A stretch of 64,000 bases of DNA from an uncultured Verrucomicrobiae bacterium (GCA_963769025.1 CAVYKI010000009.1:672001-736000); one strand, 5' to 3'; shown: positions 1-9,911, counted from the first letter of the stretch. Notes: a model not told the origin generated them from the sequence alone. A program made the numbers and translations.

Positions 1-533
1 CGGCGTCCGGGGCGGTCGTCAGCGAATACCCAATGGAACGCCCCGCGGACCGGCAGACTTTCCCGTATCGCAACCGCATCGTCGCCGGATGGGGCCGCGG
101 ACTGCTGGTCGTCGAGGCCGGCCTGAACAGCGGCGCGCTCATCACCGCGAACCAGGCCGTCGAGCAGGGCCGCACGGTCTTCGCCGTGCCCGGCCCGATC
201 GATCGCCCGACCAGCGCCGGTACGAATCGCCTCATCCAGCAAGGCGCCCGGCTCGTCACCTCCGCCGACGACATTCTCGACGAACTCGGCACGCTCATCC
301 CGCGTGCATCCCCGATGCCCGGCATGGAAAAACCCGCCGTCACCGCTTCCGTCCCCACACTTTCCCACGACGAAACGCTCCTCGTCACCGCACTCGAGGT
401 CGGCGAACTCACGCTCGACGAACTCGCCGCCGCCACGCGCCTTCCGGGCCCAAAGGTCAGCAGCACATTGCTCGGCCTGGAAATGAAACGCCTCGTCCGC
501 GCCCTGCCCGGGCACCGTTACGTGCGCACCTGA
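1..533 (+). CDS. dprA: DNA-processing protein DprA/Smf, C-terminal part (5' end outside the window)
   Basis: Frame is open from the window edge: GAVVSEYPM...FPYRNRIVAG...LLVVEAGLNSGALITA...GRTVFAVPG...GTNRLIQQGA, then a C-terminal winged helix (LLGLEMKRLV). Confidence 0.93.
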   Translation, partial: ASGAVVSEYPMERPADRQTFPYRNRIVAGWGRGLLVVEAGLNSGALITANQAVEQGRTVFAVPGPIDRPTSAGTNRLIQQGARLVTSADDILDELGTLIPRASPMPGMEKPAVTASVPTLSHDETLLVTALEVGELTLDELAAATRLPGPKVSSTLLGLEMKRLVRALPGHRYVRT

Positions 534-1504
534 GGAGCGCCCGGTTCACGATTCTCCACCACGCTCACGAGGCGGCGGATCAGATTCTCCCAGGCGATGC
601 GCCCGATCGGGCGCGTCCCGGGTCCTCGCACGACGGCGACCGTGCTGCGCGCCGCGCGCATCTTCCACAGCACGCTGAACGCCGGTTCGTTCGGTCCGAC
701 CGTCACGATTCTCCGCTGGCATGCGCCGGCATTCACGTCGCGCCGCCCGTCGAGGAGCACCCCGAAGACATCCACGACCCCGGTGATTTTCCCGTCGTCG
801 TCGGAGACCAGCCACCGCTCGACGCCGCGCTTCGAGTCAGGCGAGAGCAGGCGGCTGAACGGTTCGTCCGAACGGATCACCTCCGCGGGATCGAAAGGCG
901 CCATCACGTCCTTCGCCGTCAGGGCGCGAAAATCCACGACGTTGTGGATCATGGCCCGCTCGGTCTTCGTGATGACTCCGGTGCGCTCGCCCTCGATGGT
1001 CAGGTATTTGAAATCCTCCCGCCCGAGGAAAAGACGCTGCTGCGCGGAACCCTTTCCTCCAAAAAGGAGCCGCTGCGCGCCGGCTCCCACCCAGTGCACC
1101 GGCGTGAGGATCGAATCCAGCAGGCGAAGCGGGCCGCTCAAAAACGCAAGGGCGCGGTAAGGGAAGCGTCGAAAGAGCGACTTCGGAAGCAATTCGAGCC
1201 CGAACAGATAGACCGGCAGATAGATTCCCAACCCCACGAGGTATCCGTACGGCCCCATCTGAGCGACGAGCAACCGAGCGCCGAGCACGAGAGAAAAGAT
1301 GTTCGCAAGGTTCGTGACGATCAGCACGGTGATCAGCATCCGATCAGGATTCGCCAGCAGGCGCTGGAGCGTCAGCGCCGCGCGATCGTGCTGTTTCGCG
1401 CGGTGCGCAAGGCGCACACGATTCACCGAAAATATTCCAGCCTCGATGCCGCTGAAGACAAACGACACCAGCAGGCAGAGCACGATGGTCAGCCCCGAAA
1501 TCAT
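518..1504 (-). CDS. CNNM/DUF21 transmembrane domain protein with degenerate CBS pair
   Basis: SFVFSGIEAGIFS, TVLIVTNLAN, ELLPKSL, hydrophobic N-terminal helices, TAKDVMAP. Confidence 0.85.
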   Translation of the reverse strand: MISGLTIVLCLLVSFVFSGIEAGIFSVNRVRLAHRAKQHDRAALTLQRLLANPDRMLITVLIVTNLANIFSLVLGARLLVAQMGPYGYLVGLGIYLPVYLFGLELLPKSLFRRFPYRALAFLSGPLRLLDSILTPVHWVGAGAQRLLFGGKGSAQQRLFLGREDFKYLTIEGERTGVITKTERAMIHNVVDFRALTAKDVMAPFDPAEVIRSDEPFSRLLSPDSKRGVERWLVSDDDGKITGVVDVFGVLLDGRRDVNAGACQRRIVTVGPNEPAFSVLWKMRAARSTVAVVRGPGTRPIGRIAWENLIRRLVSVVENREPGAPQVRT

Positions 1505-2763
1505 ATGCCCGGATCCTCCCCGGCGGCGCCTTCGAGAACCAGCAGCACCTCATCGACGCGCCGCCGCGAAACCCTCCTCACGGTCACATGAAGCCGGCCG
1601 ATCCGCAGTTCCTGCCCCTTTTTCGGAAGCTGCCCAAGCCGTGTGAAAATCAGTCCTCCGATCGTGTCCACTCCTTCCTCTTCAAACCGCTCACCCAGCT
1701 CCTCGGTGATGTCCTCCAACCGTGCGCTCCCGCTCGCCAGCACCCGTCCTTCGCCGACAAGTTCGATGTACAATTTCGCATCCGACTGAGGCACCGCGTC
1801 ACCGATGATTTCCTCCACGAGATCGCGGAGCGTGACGATGCCCTCCACGCCGCCGTGCTCATCCACGACAAACGCGATTCCCTGCGGATGCGACAGGAAG
1901 CTCTTCAGCAGCGTGAGCGCCTTCATCGTCTCGGGAACATACGACGGCACGCCGAGTCGCTCGGTGTAGTGCACGCCCGGGTCGCGCAGCAGCGCCGGAA
2001 CGTCCAGGACCCCCTCGATGTCATCGCGCGTCTCGCCATGCACCGGCACACGGCGCAACCGCCGCTGCCGGAGCAGCGGGATGACTTCGTCGTTCGTCAG
2101 ATCATCCGGCAGCGAAAACATGTCCACGCGGGGCGTCATGCAGTCCTTCGCCGTCTTGTCACCGAGCTTGATGATTTCCGAAATCATCTCCGACTCCGTC
2201 TCCTGGAGTGCGCCCTGGGCCGCGCTCATCTCCACGAGCGTCCCGAGTTCCTCGTCCGTGAGCTGCTGCGGCGAGCGCAATGCCTCGGGCAGGATGGCCT
2301 CCGCGACGCGCTCACTCAGCCGTTCAAGCAGCCTCGACATGGGATCCACCACCGGCAGCAGCCTGCCGAGCAGCCGCGTCCCGAAGCGCACCACGAGCAT
2401 CGGCGCGCCGAGTCCGATCAATTTCGGCACGAGATCGCACGCGAAGACGATGAGCGTGAAAAGCAGCAGAGCAGACGCCCAGAACGGGATGTCCAGCCCG
2501 CGCTGCCCTTCGATCAGCGCGAGGCTCCCGATCATCAGCGGCGCATTCGCGAGCGCATCGGCGATGACGATCGCGCTCACCAGCCGGCGCGGATTCTCCA
2601 TGATCTGCGCGAGCCCGCCCTTCTCGCCGCGTTGCGCCCGCAGCGCCTCGAGTCGCGAGCGTGGCAGCGCGAAGAATCCAGTCTCCAGCGCGGAGATGAC
2701 CGCCGACAGGATTGCCAGGAGGATAAGCCCCCCTGCGAACAGAAGCGTGGCTGAAGGCGCCAT
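1501..2763 (-). CDS. Hemolysin/CorC-type CNNM protein (DUF21-CBS-CBS-CorC_HlyC)
   Basis: SALETGFFAL, DLVPK, AKDCMTPRVDM, VVDEHGGVEGIVTLRDLVEEIIGD, DTIGGLIF; start taken at ATG 2763; ATGA overlap with the downstream gene. Confidence 0.9.
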   Translation of the reverse strand: MAPSATLLFAGGLILLAILSAVISALETGFFALPRSRLEALRAQRGEKGGLAQIMENPRRLVSAIVIADALANAPLMIGSLALIEGQRGLDIPFWASALLLFTLIVFACDLVPKLIGLGAPMLVVRFGTRLLGRLLPVVDPMSRLLERLSERVAEAILPEALRSPQQLTDEELGTLVEMSAAQGALQETESEMISEIIKLGDKTAKDCMTPRVDMFSLPDDLTNDEVIPLLRQRRLRRVPVHGETRDDIEGVLDVPALLRDPGVHYTERLGVPSYVPETMKALTLLKSFLSHPQGIAFVVDEHGGVEGIVTLRDLVEEIIGDAVPQSDAKLYIELVGEGRVLASGSARLEDITEELGERFEEEGVDTIGGLIFTRLGQLPKKGQELRIGRLHVTVRRVSRRRVDEVLLVLEGAAGEDPGI

Positions 2764-2868
2764 CAGGCCATCCTTGCGGCGGGTGTCGGGAAAACCCCGC
2801 GAAGTTGAGTCAGCGTCCGCTTGTCTTGCACAGGCCTGCAAAGAATAGTGTCACCCACGAATCCCGCG

Positions 2869-3327
2869 ATGAAAAAAACCATGCAGGGCGGTGCGAACCC
2901 GCCCGACGCCCACGCATCGGGCCCCGATCCATCGCGGGAGCCCCGGTACCTCGCGTGGTTCGAGCGCTTCAACGCCTGCGAATACTACGAGGCACACGAG
3001 GTTCTTGAGGTCCTCTGGCTGCGCACGAGTGGCAGCGACCGCGATTTTTTCAAGGGCCTCATCCAGGTCGCCGCCGCGTTCGTCCACTTGCGCAAGCAGC
3101 TCGAAAGCGCCCCCGATTCCGCGGATTCCACGCGGCTGCGCCCCGCCGCCCGGCTTTTCCAGCGCGGCTTGGAGCATCTTGCTCCGTTCGCGCCTGTCCA
3201 CTTGAGACTCAATGTTGCCGCCCTCTGTGGATTCTGCGAATGCCTCGCGCGCGGCATCGAGGAATCGGGCTTTGCGGACAATCCGTGGAACCCCGCGACG
3301 CCGCCCCACATCGAACTCGCCGCGTGA
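2869..3327 (+). CDS. DUF309 domain protein
   Basis: FNACEYYEAHEVLEVLW...FFKGLIQVAAAFVH signature. Confidence 0.85.
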   Translation: MKKTMQGGANPPDAHASGPDPSREPRYLAWFERFNACEYYEAHEVLEVLWLRTSGSDRDFFKGLIQVAAAFVHLRKQLESAPDSADSTRLRPAARLFQRGLEHLAPFAPVHLRLNVAALCGFCECLARGIEESGFADNPWNPATPPHIELAA

Positions 3328-4496
3328 ACGAAAGGCACTTCGATGTCGTCGTCATCGGCGGCGGCGCCGCAGGGATGATGTGCGCGCTCACCGCTGGCCA
3401 GCGCGGGAGGAAGGTCGCGCTCATCGAGCACAACGACCGCATCGGCAGGAAGATCGCCATCAGCGGCGGCGGACGATGCAACTTCACCAATACCGGCATC
3501 GAGCCCGGCTGCTTCCTCTCCGAGCGTCCGGACTTCAGCCGCTCGGCGCTCGCCCGCTACACCGCGTGGGATTTCATCGCGCTCGTCGAGAAGCATGGCA
3601 TTGCCTACCATGAGAAAAAGCTCGGCCAGCAATTTTGCGACGGCAGTTCGCGCGAGATCATCGCGATGCTTGAAACGGAGTGCGCCACCGCCGGAGTCGA
3701 GATTTTCACGAATTGCCGTGCGGCATCGGTCGAAAAGGGCACGCAGTTTCGCCTCGCGACAACGGCTGGTGAATTCGCCTGCCAGTCGCTCGTGGTCGCA
3801 GCGGGTGGCCTTTCGTTTCCAAAACTCGGCGCGAGCCCATTCGGCTACGAGCTCGCGAAACAATTCGGCCACCGGATCACTCCGCTCCGGCCCGCGCTCG
3901 TCCCGCTCACGTTTTCAAAAGTCGATGAGCCGCTCCACGCACTCAGCGGTCTCGCGCTCCCGGTCATCACGCGCTGCGGAATGGCGGCATTCGAGGAGGC
4001 CATGCTCATCACCCATCGCGGGCTGAGCGGGCCGGCGATCCTCCAGGCATCGAGCTACTGGCGCGAGGGCGAGGCCGTCGAAATTGATCTCCTTCCCGAC
4101 CCGGGCGCGAACGACGCCCTGCTCCGCGCACGCGCGACGGGACGCGAATTGCCCTCCGTGCTCGCCGAGTGGATGCCGCGCCGTTTCGCCGAGGCTTGGT
4201 GCGCGCAACACGCCCCTGCAAAGCAGCTCGTCCATTTCAAGCAGCGCGAGTTCGACGACACGATGCGCCTGCTACGCGCGTGGCCATTTCGCGCCGCCGG
4301 CACCGAAGGCTTTCCGAAGGCGGAGGTTACGCTCGGCGGCGTGGACACGGGTCAACTATCCTCGAAGACCATGGAATCGCGCCTGGTGCCCGGCCTGTTT
4401 TTCATAGGCGAGGGCGTGGACGTGACGGGCTGGCTTGGCGGCTACAATTTCCAGTGGGCGTGGTCCAGCGGCCACGCTGCAGGTGAAGTCGCGTAG
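3324..4496 (+). CDS. HI0933/YhiN/BaiN-family NAD(P)/FAD-dependent oxidoreductase
   Basis: GGGAAGMM, KIAISGGGRCNFTN, LITHRGLSGPA, AEVTLGGV, GYNFQWAWSSG; GTG start overlaps the DUF309 stop (GTGA). Confidence 0.93.
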   Translation: MNERHFDVVVIGGGAAGMMCALTAGQRGRKVALIEHNDRIGRKIAISGGGRCNFTNTGIEPGCFLSERPDFSRSALARYTAWDFIALVEKHGIAYHEKKLGQQFCDGSSREIIAMLETECATAGVEIFTNCRAASVEKGTQFRLATTAGEFACQSLVVAAGGLSFPKLGASPFGYELAKQFGHRITPLRPALVPLTFSKVDEPLHALSGLALPVITRCGMAAFEEAMLITHRGLSGPAILQASSYWREGEAVEIDLLPDPGANDALLRARATGRELPSVLAEWMPRRFAEAWCAQHAPAKQLVHFKQREFDDTMRLLRAWPFRAAGTEGFPKAEVTLGGVDTGQLSSKTMESRLVPGLFFIGEGVDVTGWLGGYNFQWAWSSGHAAGEVA

Positions 4497-4506
4497 CTCG
4501 ATGCGC

Positions 4507-6819
4507 TCAACGCGGGGCCACGTCGCGCTTCCGTTTCAGGAAAGGATCGCTCGCGACGATCGCGCTGATGAGGGCCGACATCCTGTGGCCTCCGGCGGTG
4601 GTCTGGCGGTACACCGCGTCGAGCGCAGCCTTGTCCGAGCGCTCGATCCCGCGGCCCAATGCATAGGTCATCACCTTCTGTGCAAAGGCGCGCGCGAACT
4701 TTTCGCCCTTCAGGTATTTCTTCAGCCCGGCGATCCCGTTCACGTTTGCGCCGTCCGCAAAATCCCCCGAGGCGTCGATGCGGTTGTTTCCCTCCATCTC
4801 GCGCCATGCGCCGATGGCGTCAAAATTTTCCAGCGTGAAACCGACCGGATCGATCTTGTCGTGGCACACCGCGCAATCGGCAATCGCCCGATGCTGCTCG
4901 AGGCGCACGCGGAGCGACGCACTGCTGTCCACCTTCGTCTCCTCGAGCGGTGGCACATTCGCGGGCGGCGGCGGCGGCGGCGTACCGAGCAGTTGTTCCA
5001 GGACCCACTTCCCGCGGACGACAGGCGAGGTCCGCGTGGGCATCGAAGTCGCGAGCAGCACGCTCCCCTGCCCCAGCACCCCGCCGCGCGGCGACCCGGC
5101 AGGGACCGTCACGCGGCGAAACTCGCTTCCCTGCACACCGGGCAGGCCGTAGTGCTCCGCGAGCTGCTGGTTCACGAAAGTGAAATCCGCATCGAGAAGA
5201 TCGAACACGCTCCGATCCTCGCGCACGATCGCTTCGAAAAACCTCCGCGTCTCCTCCTTCATCGCATCGCGCAGCTTCGTGCTGAATTTTGGGAACTTGT
5301 CAACGTCGATCTCCACCTCGTCCACTGCACGTATCTGCAGCCACTGGCTTGAAAAATTCCGCACAAACGCCTGCGATCGTCCGTCCGCGAGCAAGCGCGT
5401 GACTTCACGCCGCAGCGTGTCGCCCTTGAGCAATTCGCCCTTCGCCGCGAGATCGGTGAGCTGCGAGTCGGGCATCGAGGACCACAGGAAATACGACAGG
5501 CGCGAAGCCACCTCGTATTCGTTCAGATTCCGCACCGAGCCCGGCTTCAGTGCATCCGGGTCGAGTTCCCAGCGGAAAAGGAAGTTGGGGGAGCACATCA
5601 CCGCCTGCACCGCCACTCCCATCGCTTCGGTGAACGGCGCCTTCTCCGTGAGCGCGCCATCCACGAGTTTGCCGAGCCGCTCGATCTCCGTCGCCGGCAC
5701 GGGCCGGCGGTATGCGCGCGGAACGAATGCCGTCAGCAATTCCCGCGCAACCTTTCCCTCCGAGCCGGGCTCCGGGAGTCGCGTGAACACGCGGCGGAAG
5801 CTCTCGCTCGGCTCCCGCTGCACATCCACGGGACCGATGACATCGAAGCCTGCCAGGAAAAGGTTCCGATCGCCGCGCATCTTCGGGTCCGGGTGGTTCG
5901 ACTCGTTGTAGTTGTTCAGGTAAGCCGCCGAAACGCGGTGACTGCCGTGCTTCACACGGATTTTCACCTCGTAGGGCGCTGGCTTGCCGCTGTTTTTCAC
6001 GTCAATGACAGCGACCTGCGTGCCGTCGATGGAGACGGCCAGCTTCGGTGCCTCCGGCCCGGCCTGGATGCCGTAGGCGCGGAACCGCAGCACGTATTCG
6101 CCATCGGCGCGGAACTCGACTGCGATGCTCGCGTCCGCCTCGCGGTAAAAGCCAAGCACGCCATTCGCAATCGGGTGGACCCACTCCGTGGCCTGCGACG
6201 GCTTCATCTTGTCAGCGCGGAATGACTCGCTCGGCGGCGATGCTTTCTGCCCTGCGAGCACCTTTCCCACGATCTCATCCGCAGCCGCGAGATAGCGCTC
6301 CATGAGCAACGGCTGGATGGTCAGCACGTCGGCGATCGTGTCGAAGCCGTACGCGGTCTCATCACTCGGAAAATCCGACGGATCAAAATCCACGGCAAGA
6401 AGGTCGCGGATGGTGTTCCGGTATTCCTCGCGGTTCAGGCGGCGGAGCGTCACGCGGCCGGGATTCTTCTGTCCCACCTCGCTGCCCGTGAGTTGCGCGT
6501 CGATCCACTTCACCAGCGCCTCGCGCTGGCTCTCGGTCGGCTGCGGCTTCTTCTTGGGCGGCATCTCATGGGATTCCAGCAGCTCGGCAATCTTCTCCCA
6601 CGCTTTGCGCTCGCCGAGGGTGAACCCCTTGTCGGCGTACGGCCGGAAATCGAAGTCGCCTTTCTGCTTCTCCGCGCCGTGACAGGAGTAGCAGTACTTT
6701 TCGCCGAATTGCTTCAGTTGAGCGGATGACCCCGGTGCGCTCTGCGCGGCACGCGCGAGGGGCGCGCCGCACAGTGCGGCGAAGATGAGGCAGCGAAGGA
6801 AAATTCGGGTTCCGGACAT
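4507..6819 (-). CDS. DUF1592-family (DUF1587/1595/1592/1588/1585) exported protein with planctomycete-type cytochrome c domain
   Basis: Signal peptide; CYSCH and CAVCH CxxCH motifs; LRRLNREEYRNTIRDLL; SRLSYFLWSSMPD; RTSPVVRGKWVLEQLLG; GFTLENFDAIGAWR. Confidence 0.9.
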   Translation of the reverse strand: MSGTRIFLRCLIFAALCGAPLARAAQSAPGSSAQLKQFGEKYCYSCHGAEKQKGDFDFRPYADKGFTLGERKAWEKIAELLESHEMPPKKKPQPTESQREALVKWIDAQLTGSEVGQKNPGRVTLRRLNREEYRNTIRDLLAVDFDPSDFPSDETAYGFDTIADVLTIQPLLMERYLAAADEIVGKVLAGQKASPPSESFRADKMKPSQATEWVHPIANGVLGFYREADASIAVEFRADGEYVLRFRAYGIQAGPEAPKLAVSIDGTQVAVIDVKNSGKPAPYEVKIRVKHGSHRVSAAYLNNYNESNHPDPKMRGDRNLFLAGFDVIGPVDVQREPSESFRRVFTRLPEPGSEGKVARELLTAFVPRAYRRPVPATEIERLGKLVDGALTEKAPFTEAMGVAVQAVMCSPNFLFRWELDPDALKPGSVRNLNEYEVASRLSYFLWSSMPDSQLTDLAAKGELLKGDTLRREVTRLLADGRSQAFVRNFSSQWLQIRAVDEVEIDVDKFPKFSTKLRDAMKEETRRFFEAIVREDRSVFDLLDADFTFVNQQLAEHYGLPGVQGSEFRRVTVPAGSPRGGVLGQGSVLLATSMPTRTSPVVRGKWVLEQLLGTPPPPPPANVPPLEETKVDSSASLRVRLEQHRAIADCAVCHDKIDPVGFTLENFDAIGAWREMEGNNRIDASGDFADGANVNGIAGLKKYLKGEKFARAFAQKVMTYALGRGIERSDKAALDAVYRQTTAGGHRMSALISAIVASDPFLKRKRDVAPR

Positions 6820-6953
6820 GACTCGTGTTTCTATGCTGGAACGATGACGCACTTAGGCAAATTCGCCATCAAAGCCGTGCCAAAAGAAAACAGCGCGGCG
6901 TTTCGTGGCCCTGCTGCTCCTGTCTGAAATCGGGTTATGGGAAGGACGGAGCC

Positions 6954-7472
6954 TCAGTTGCCAGCCTTGCCCGTGAGGCCGGCCGCCTGCAGCGCGGCGA
7001 ACACTTCCTTCGGGCTGAAGTCGCCCGTCACTTCAAAGGACGCCACCTTCTTCTCCGCCGTGCTGCCGGTCACACCTTTTACTTTCCCAAGCGCCTTCGT
7101 CACCGCGCTCACGCACTTGTCGCAGCAGAGATGCACTTCGCTCACCTTGAGCGAGGCGACCTTTCCGTCCTTCGCGCCGCTCGTGTCCTTCAGCGAAATA
7201 TCGGCACTGTCGCTCTTGCCGTAGTAGCCTGCGGCGACCAGCGCATCCACCGCGCCCTGCGCGGAAGCCTTGTCGGCGGCGGTCAGCGTCACGGTGCCGG
7301 CGTCCTTGTCCACCGCAGCCGTCACGCCCTTGGCCTTGGCCACGGCCTTCTCGACCCCCGTCACGCAGCCCTTGCAGCAGAGGTGGACGTTCGAAATCTT
7401 CACGGAGGTTTCGGCGCGCGCAAACGTGGCGATGGCGGCGGTGACAACAATGGCGAGCAGTTGCTTGTTCAT
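6954..7472 (-). CDS. Secreted protein with two HMA-like metal-binding repeats (HLCCxxC)
   Basis: Signal peptide MNKQLLAIVVTAAIATFARA; internal duplication VHLCCKGCV...KAKGV / VHLCCDKCV...KVKGV. Confidence 0.75.
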   Translation of the reverse strand: MNKQLLAIVVTAAIATFARAETSVKISNVHLCCKGCVTGVEKAVAKAKGVTAAVDKDAGTVTLTAADKASAQGAVDALVAAGYYGKSDSADISLKDTSGAKDGKVASLKVSEVHLCCDKCVSAVTKALGKVKGVTGSTAEKKVASFEVTGDFSPKEVFAALQAAGLTGKAGN

Positions 7473-7692
7473 GCGATTTTGCGTGTTGGATGGATTTGGA
7501 TGCGAGAGCGAGTGAACCCGTTCATTCCGCTGTTCGGGGACAAGCCTGCCAGTTTGCAATCCTTTGACCCGTTCCGTGAGTTGAGAGAACCGCGAAGTTC
7601 ACACCGGGTCCGGGCTAATAAAGGACGCCGCCCAGCGATGAATACGGGAGCCCAGCCCTCCAAAGCCCGCAGCCCCTCCGCCAATCCCCACA

Positions 7693-9096
7693 ATGCTTTC
7701 CTTCCAAGACAACGGTCCTGTTGGTGCCTCGATGCGCAGACGGGAGTTCCTCCGCGTCGGCGGACTCGGACTCGGCGGGCTGACGCTGAGCGATCTCTTC
7801 GCCGCGCGCGCCGCCGCAAAGGCCGCGAAGCTGCCCGTGTCCGACAAGTCCGTGATCTTCCTTTTCATGCACGGCGGGCCGTCGCAGTTCGAGACGTTCG
7901 ATCCGAAGATGGACGCGCCGGACGGCATTCGCAGCGCGACCGGCGAGGTGAAGACCTCGATTCCCGGCATCACGTTCGGCGCGACCTTTCCAAAGCTGGC
8001 GAAGCTCGCGCATAAATTCAGTGTCGTGCGCTCGTTCGTCACCGGCGATGCGATCCACGACATCAAGACCATCGTCGGAAAGGCCACAATGCAGGCGAAC
8101 ATGGGGTCGCTCTACGCGCGCGTCGCGGGTCCGCTCAGGCCGGAAACCACGATGCCGACGAACGTCGCGCTCTTTCCGCGCGCCATCAGCGCCGACGCCG
8201 GTCCGGTCATCACGAAATTTGGCAACTTCACTTCCACCGGCGACCTCGGGGCTGCGTATGCGCCGTTCGTCCCCGGCGCCGGCGGCGGGATGCAGGACGA
8301 CCTGTCCATGCACCTCCCTCAGACGCGCGTGAACGATCGCCGCGGCCTGCTCACCTCGCTCGACGATTGGCGGAGGCGCGCGGACACGGCGGGCGTGATG
8401 GAGGGCTACAGCGCGATCCAGCAGCAGGCCTTCGACACGCTGCTCGGCGGCGTCTCGGGCGCATTCGATCTGTCGCGCGAAGACGCCCGGCTGATCGAGC
8501 GGTACGACACCGCGGCGCTCGTCCCCCGCGACCGCATCAGCAAAAAGTGGAACAACCACCTGCACTACGGCGACCACGCCGAGACGCTCGGCAAACTGCT
8601 CCTGATGGCACGCCGCCTCTGCGAACGCGGCTGCGGCTTTGTCACCGTGACCACGAGCTTTGTGTGGGACATGCACGCGGACAACAACAACGCCACGCTC
8701 ACCGAAGGCATGGGCTACGTCGGCACGCCATTCGACCACGCCGTCTCCACCCTCATCGAAGACATCGAGGCGCGCGGCCTCAGCGAAAAAATCCTCCTCG
8801 TGTGCTGCGGCGAAATGGGCCGTTCGCCGACCATCAACAAGAAAGGCGGACGCGATCACTGGGGCGGCCTCGCTCCGCTGCTGCTCTACGGCGGCGGATT
8901 GAAAATGGGCCGCGTCATCGGCCAGTCCTCACGCAACGGCGGCGAACCCGCGTCCGACCCGGTGACAATCCCGGACCTCATGGCCACCATCATGCACACG
9001 CTCCTCGACGTAGGAGAAGTGCGGCTCATGGATGGCTTGCCCAAGACCCTCGTGGACGCCGTGACAGGCGGCCAGCCGATCAAGGGCCTCGTCTGA
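7693..9096 (+). CDS. DUF1501 domain protein (Tat-like leader)
   Basis: RRREFLRVG leader; SVIFLFMHGGPSQFETFDPK; ARRLCERG; WDMH; GEMGRSP; GGRDHW. Confidence 0.9.
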   Translation: MLSFQDNGPVGASMRRREFLRVGGLGLGGLTLSDLFAARAAAKAAKLPVSDKSVIFLFMHGGPSQFETFDPKMDAPDGIRSATGEVKTSIPGITFGATFPKLAKLAHKFSVVRSFVTGDAIHDIKTIVGKATMQANMGSLYARVAGPLRPETTMPTNVALFPRAISADAGPVITKFGNFTSTGDLGAAYAPFVPGAGGGMQDDLSMHLPQTRVNDRRGLLTSLDDWRRRADTAGVMEGYSAIQQQAFDTLLGGVSGAFDLSREDARLIERYDTAALVPRDRISKKWNNHLHYGDHAETLGKLLLMARRLCERGCGFVTVTTSFVWDMHADNNNATLTEGMGYVGTPFDHAVSTLIEDIEARGLSEKILLVCCGEMGRSPTINKKGGRDHWGGLAPLLLYGGGLKMGRVIGQSSRNGGEPASDPVTIPDLMATIMHTLLDVGEVRLMDGLPKTLVDAVTGGQPIKGLV

Positions 9097-9142
9097 ATCG
9101 CGCTTTCAATCGCGAGTTACGCAGAGAAAGCGCCGAGCGTTC

Positions 9143-9227
9143 GTAGCCGCCGACGGAAGGAGGCGGGCACATTTTCAGCATGGCGCGCAGATTCAAAGTC
9201 GGCCCGCCTCCTTCCGTCGGCGGCTAC
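9143..9227. repeat. GTAG-type REP doublet (REPIN-like): perfect 26-bp inverted repeat with 33-nt spacer
   Basis: gtagccgccgacggaaggaggcgggc (9143-9168) is the exact reverse complement of gcccgcctccttccgtcggcggctac (9202-9227); lies between convergent genes. Confidence 0.75.
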
Positions 9228-9248
9228 CTATTGCCACGCCACTCGCCC

Positions 9249-9848
9249 CTACGGCAACTCCTTGATCTGGATGCGCCGGTATTCCATCTGGTCGCGATCC
9301 GCTTCCAGCCCGATGGGCCCGGTCTCGGGCAGCTTCAGCGCGGCCTCCAGGACCTCACCGTTGCACTCGCAGTGCGCGACATTGTCCTTCACCGTCACCA
9401 CGATCTGGTTCCAGTCCTGCGCCTTGTATTTTTTCAGCTCCTTGTAAGGCCCCGCCACGAGGTAATCCCGGCACTGGAGCTGCGGTTTGCGCAGGAAAAT
9501 CCCGCTGTCCGCGTTCACCGCCGCGCGGAATTCGATCTTCAAAATGAAATTCTTCGGAAATTCCTTCGTCGTCCAGAGCTGCCGAAGCTTCGGCCCCTTC
9601 GCAGCATCCTGCGGATTCACGACGAGGATGCCCGGCTTCGCTGAATAGCGCCCATCGCTCGCCTCCGTCTTCCCGTCAAATGTCTCCAGCACCTTCTGAT
9701 CCTTGTCGCGATACCCCCAGCCCGTCAGGTCTTTTCCATTATAAAGCGAGACGAACCCCTCCTCCGGTTTCCAGTCCTCCGCCCGTGCGACGAAAATCGC
9801 GGACAGTGCAAGGGCGGCGGTGACGAACGGGATGCGGAGGGATTTCAT
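9249..9848 (-). CDS. DUF1080 (3-keto-disaccharide hydrolase-like) secreted protein
   Basis: Signal peptide; EGFVSLYNGKDLTGW; NFILKIEFR; ADSGIFLR; WNQIVV; GPIGLE; MEYRRIQIKEL. Confidence 0.88.
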   Translation of the reverse strand: MKSLRIPFVTAALALSAIFVARAEDWKPEEGFVSLYNGKDLTGWGYRDKDQKVLETFDGKTEASDGRYSAKPGILVVNPQDAAKGPKLRQLWTTKEFPKNFILKIEFRAAVNADSGIFLRKPQLQCRDYLVAGPYKELKKYKAQDWNQIVVTVKDNVAHCECNGEVLEAALKLPETGPIGLEADRDQMEYRRIQIKELP

Positions 9849-9911
9849 GCGCTCAGGCTCACGTTTCCTGGCGCTGAACCGCAAGCGAGAAATCCGCTTC
9901 AGGCCGCGCCC

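Noticed and set aside
89..1591. Long Arg/Pro/Ala-rich alternative-frame and antisense ORFs (this one and many others, e.g. 11470-12981, 19314-20816, 45326-47005)
   Set aside because: Shadow ORFs of well-supported genes, expected in high-GC DNA; they carry no recognisable motifs.
6860..6885. Sigma54 promoter upstream of the DUF1592 gene (minus-strand TTGGCACGGCTTTGA)
   Set aside because: The -24 half matches, but there is no GC at the required GG-N10 spacing.
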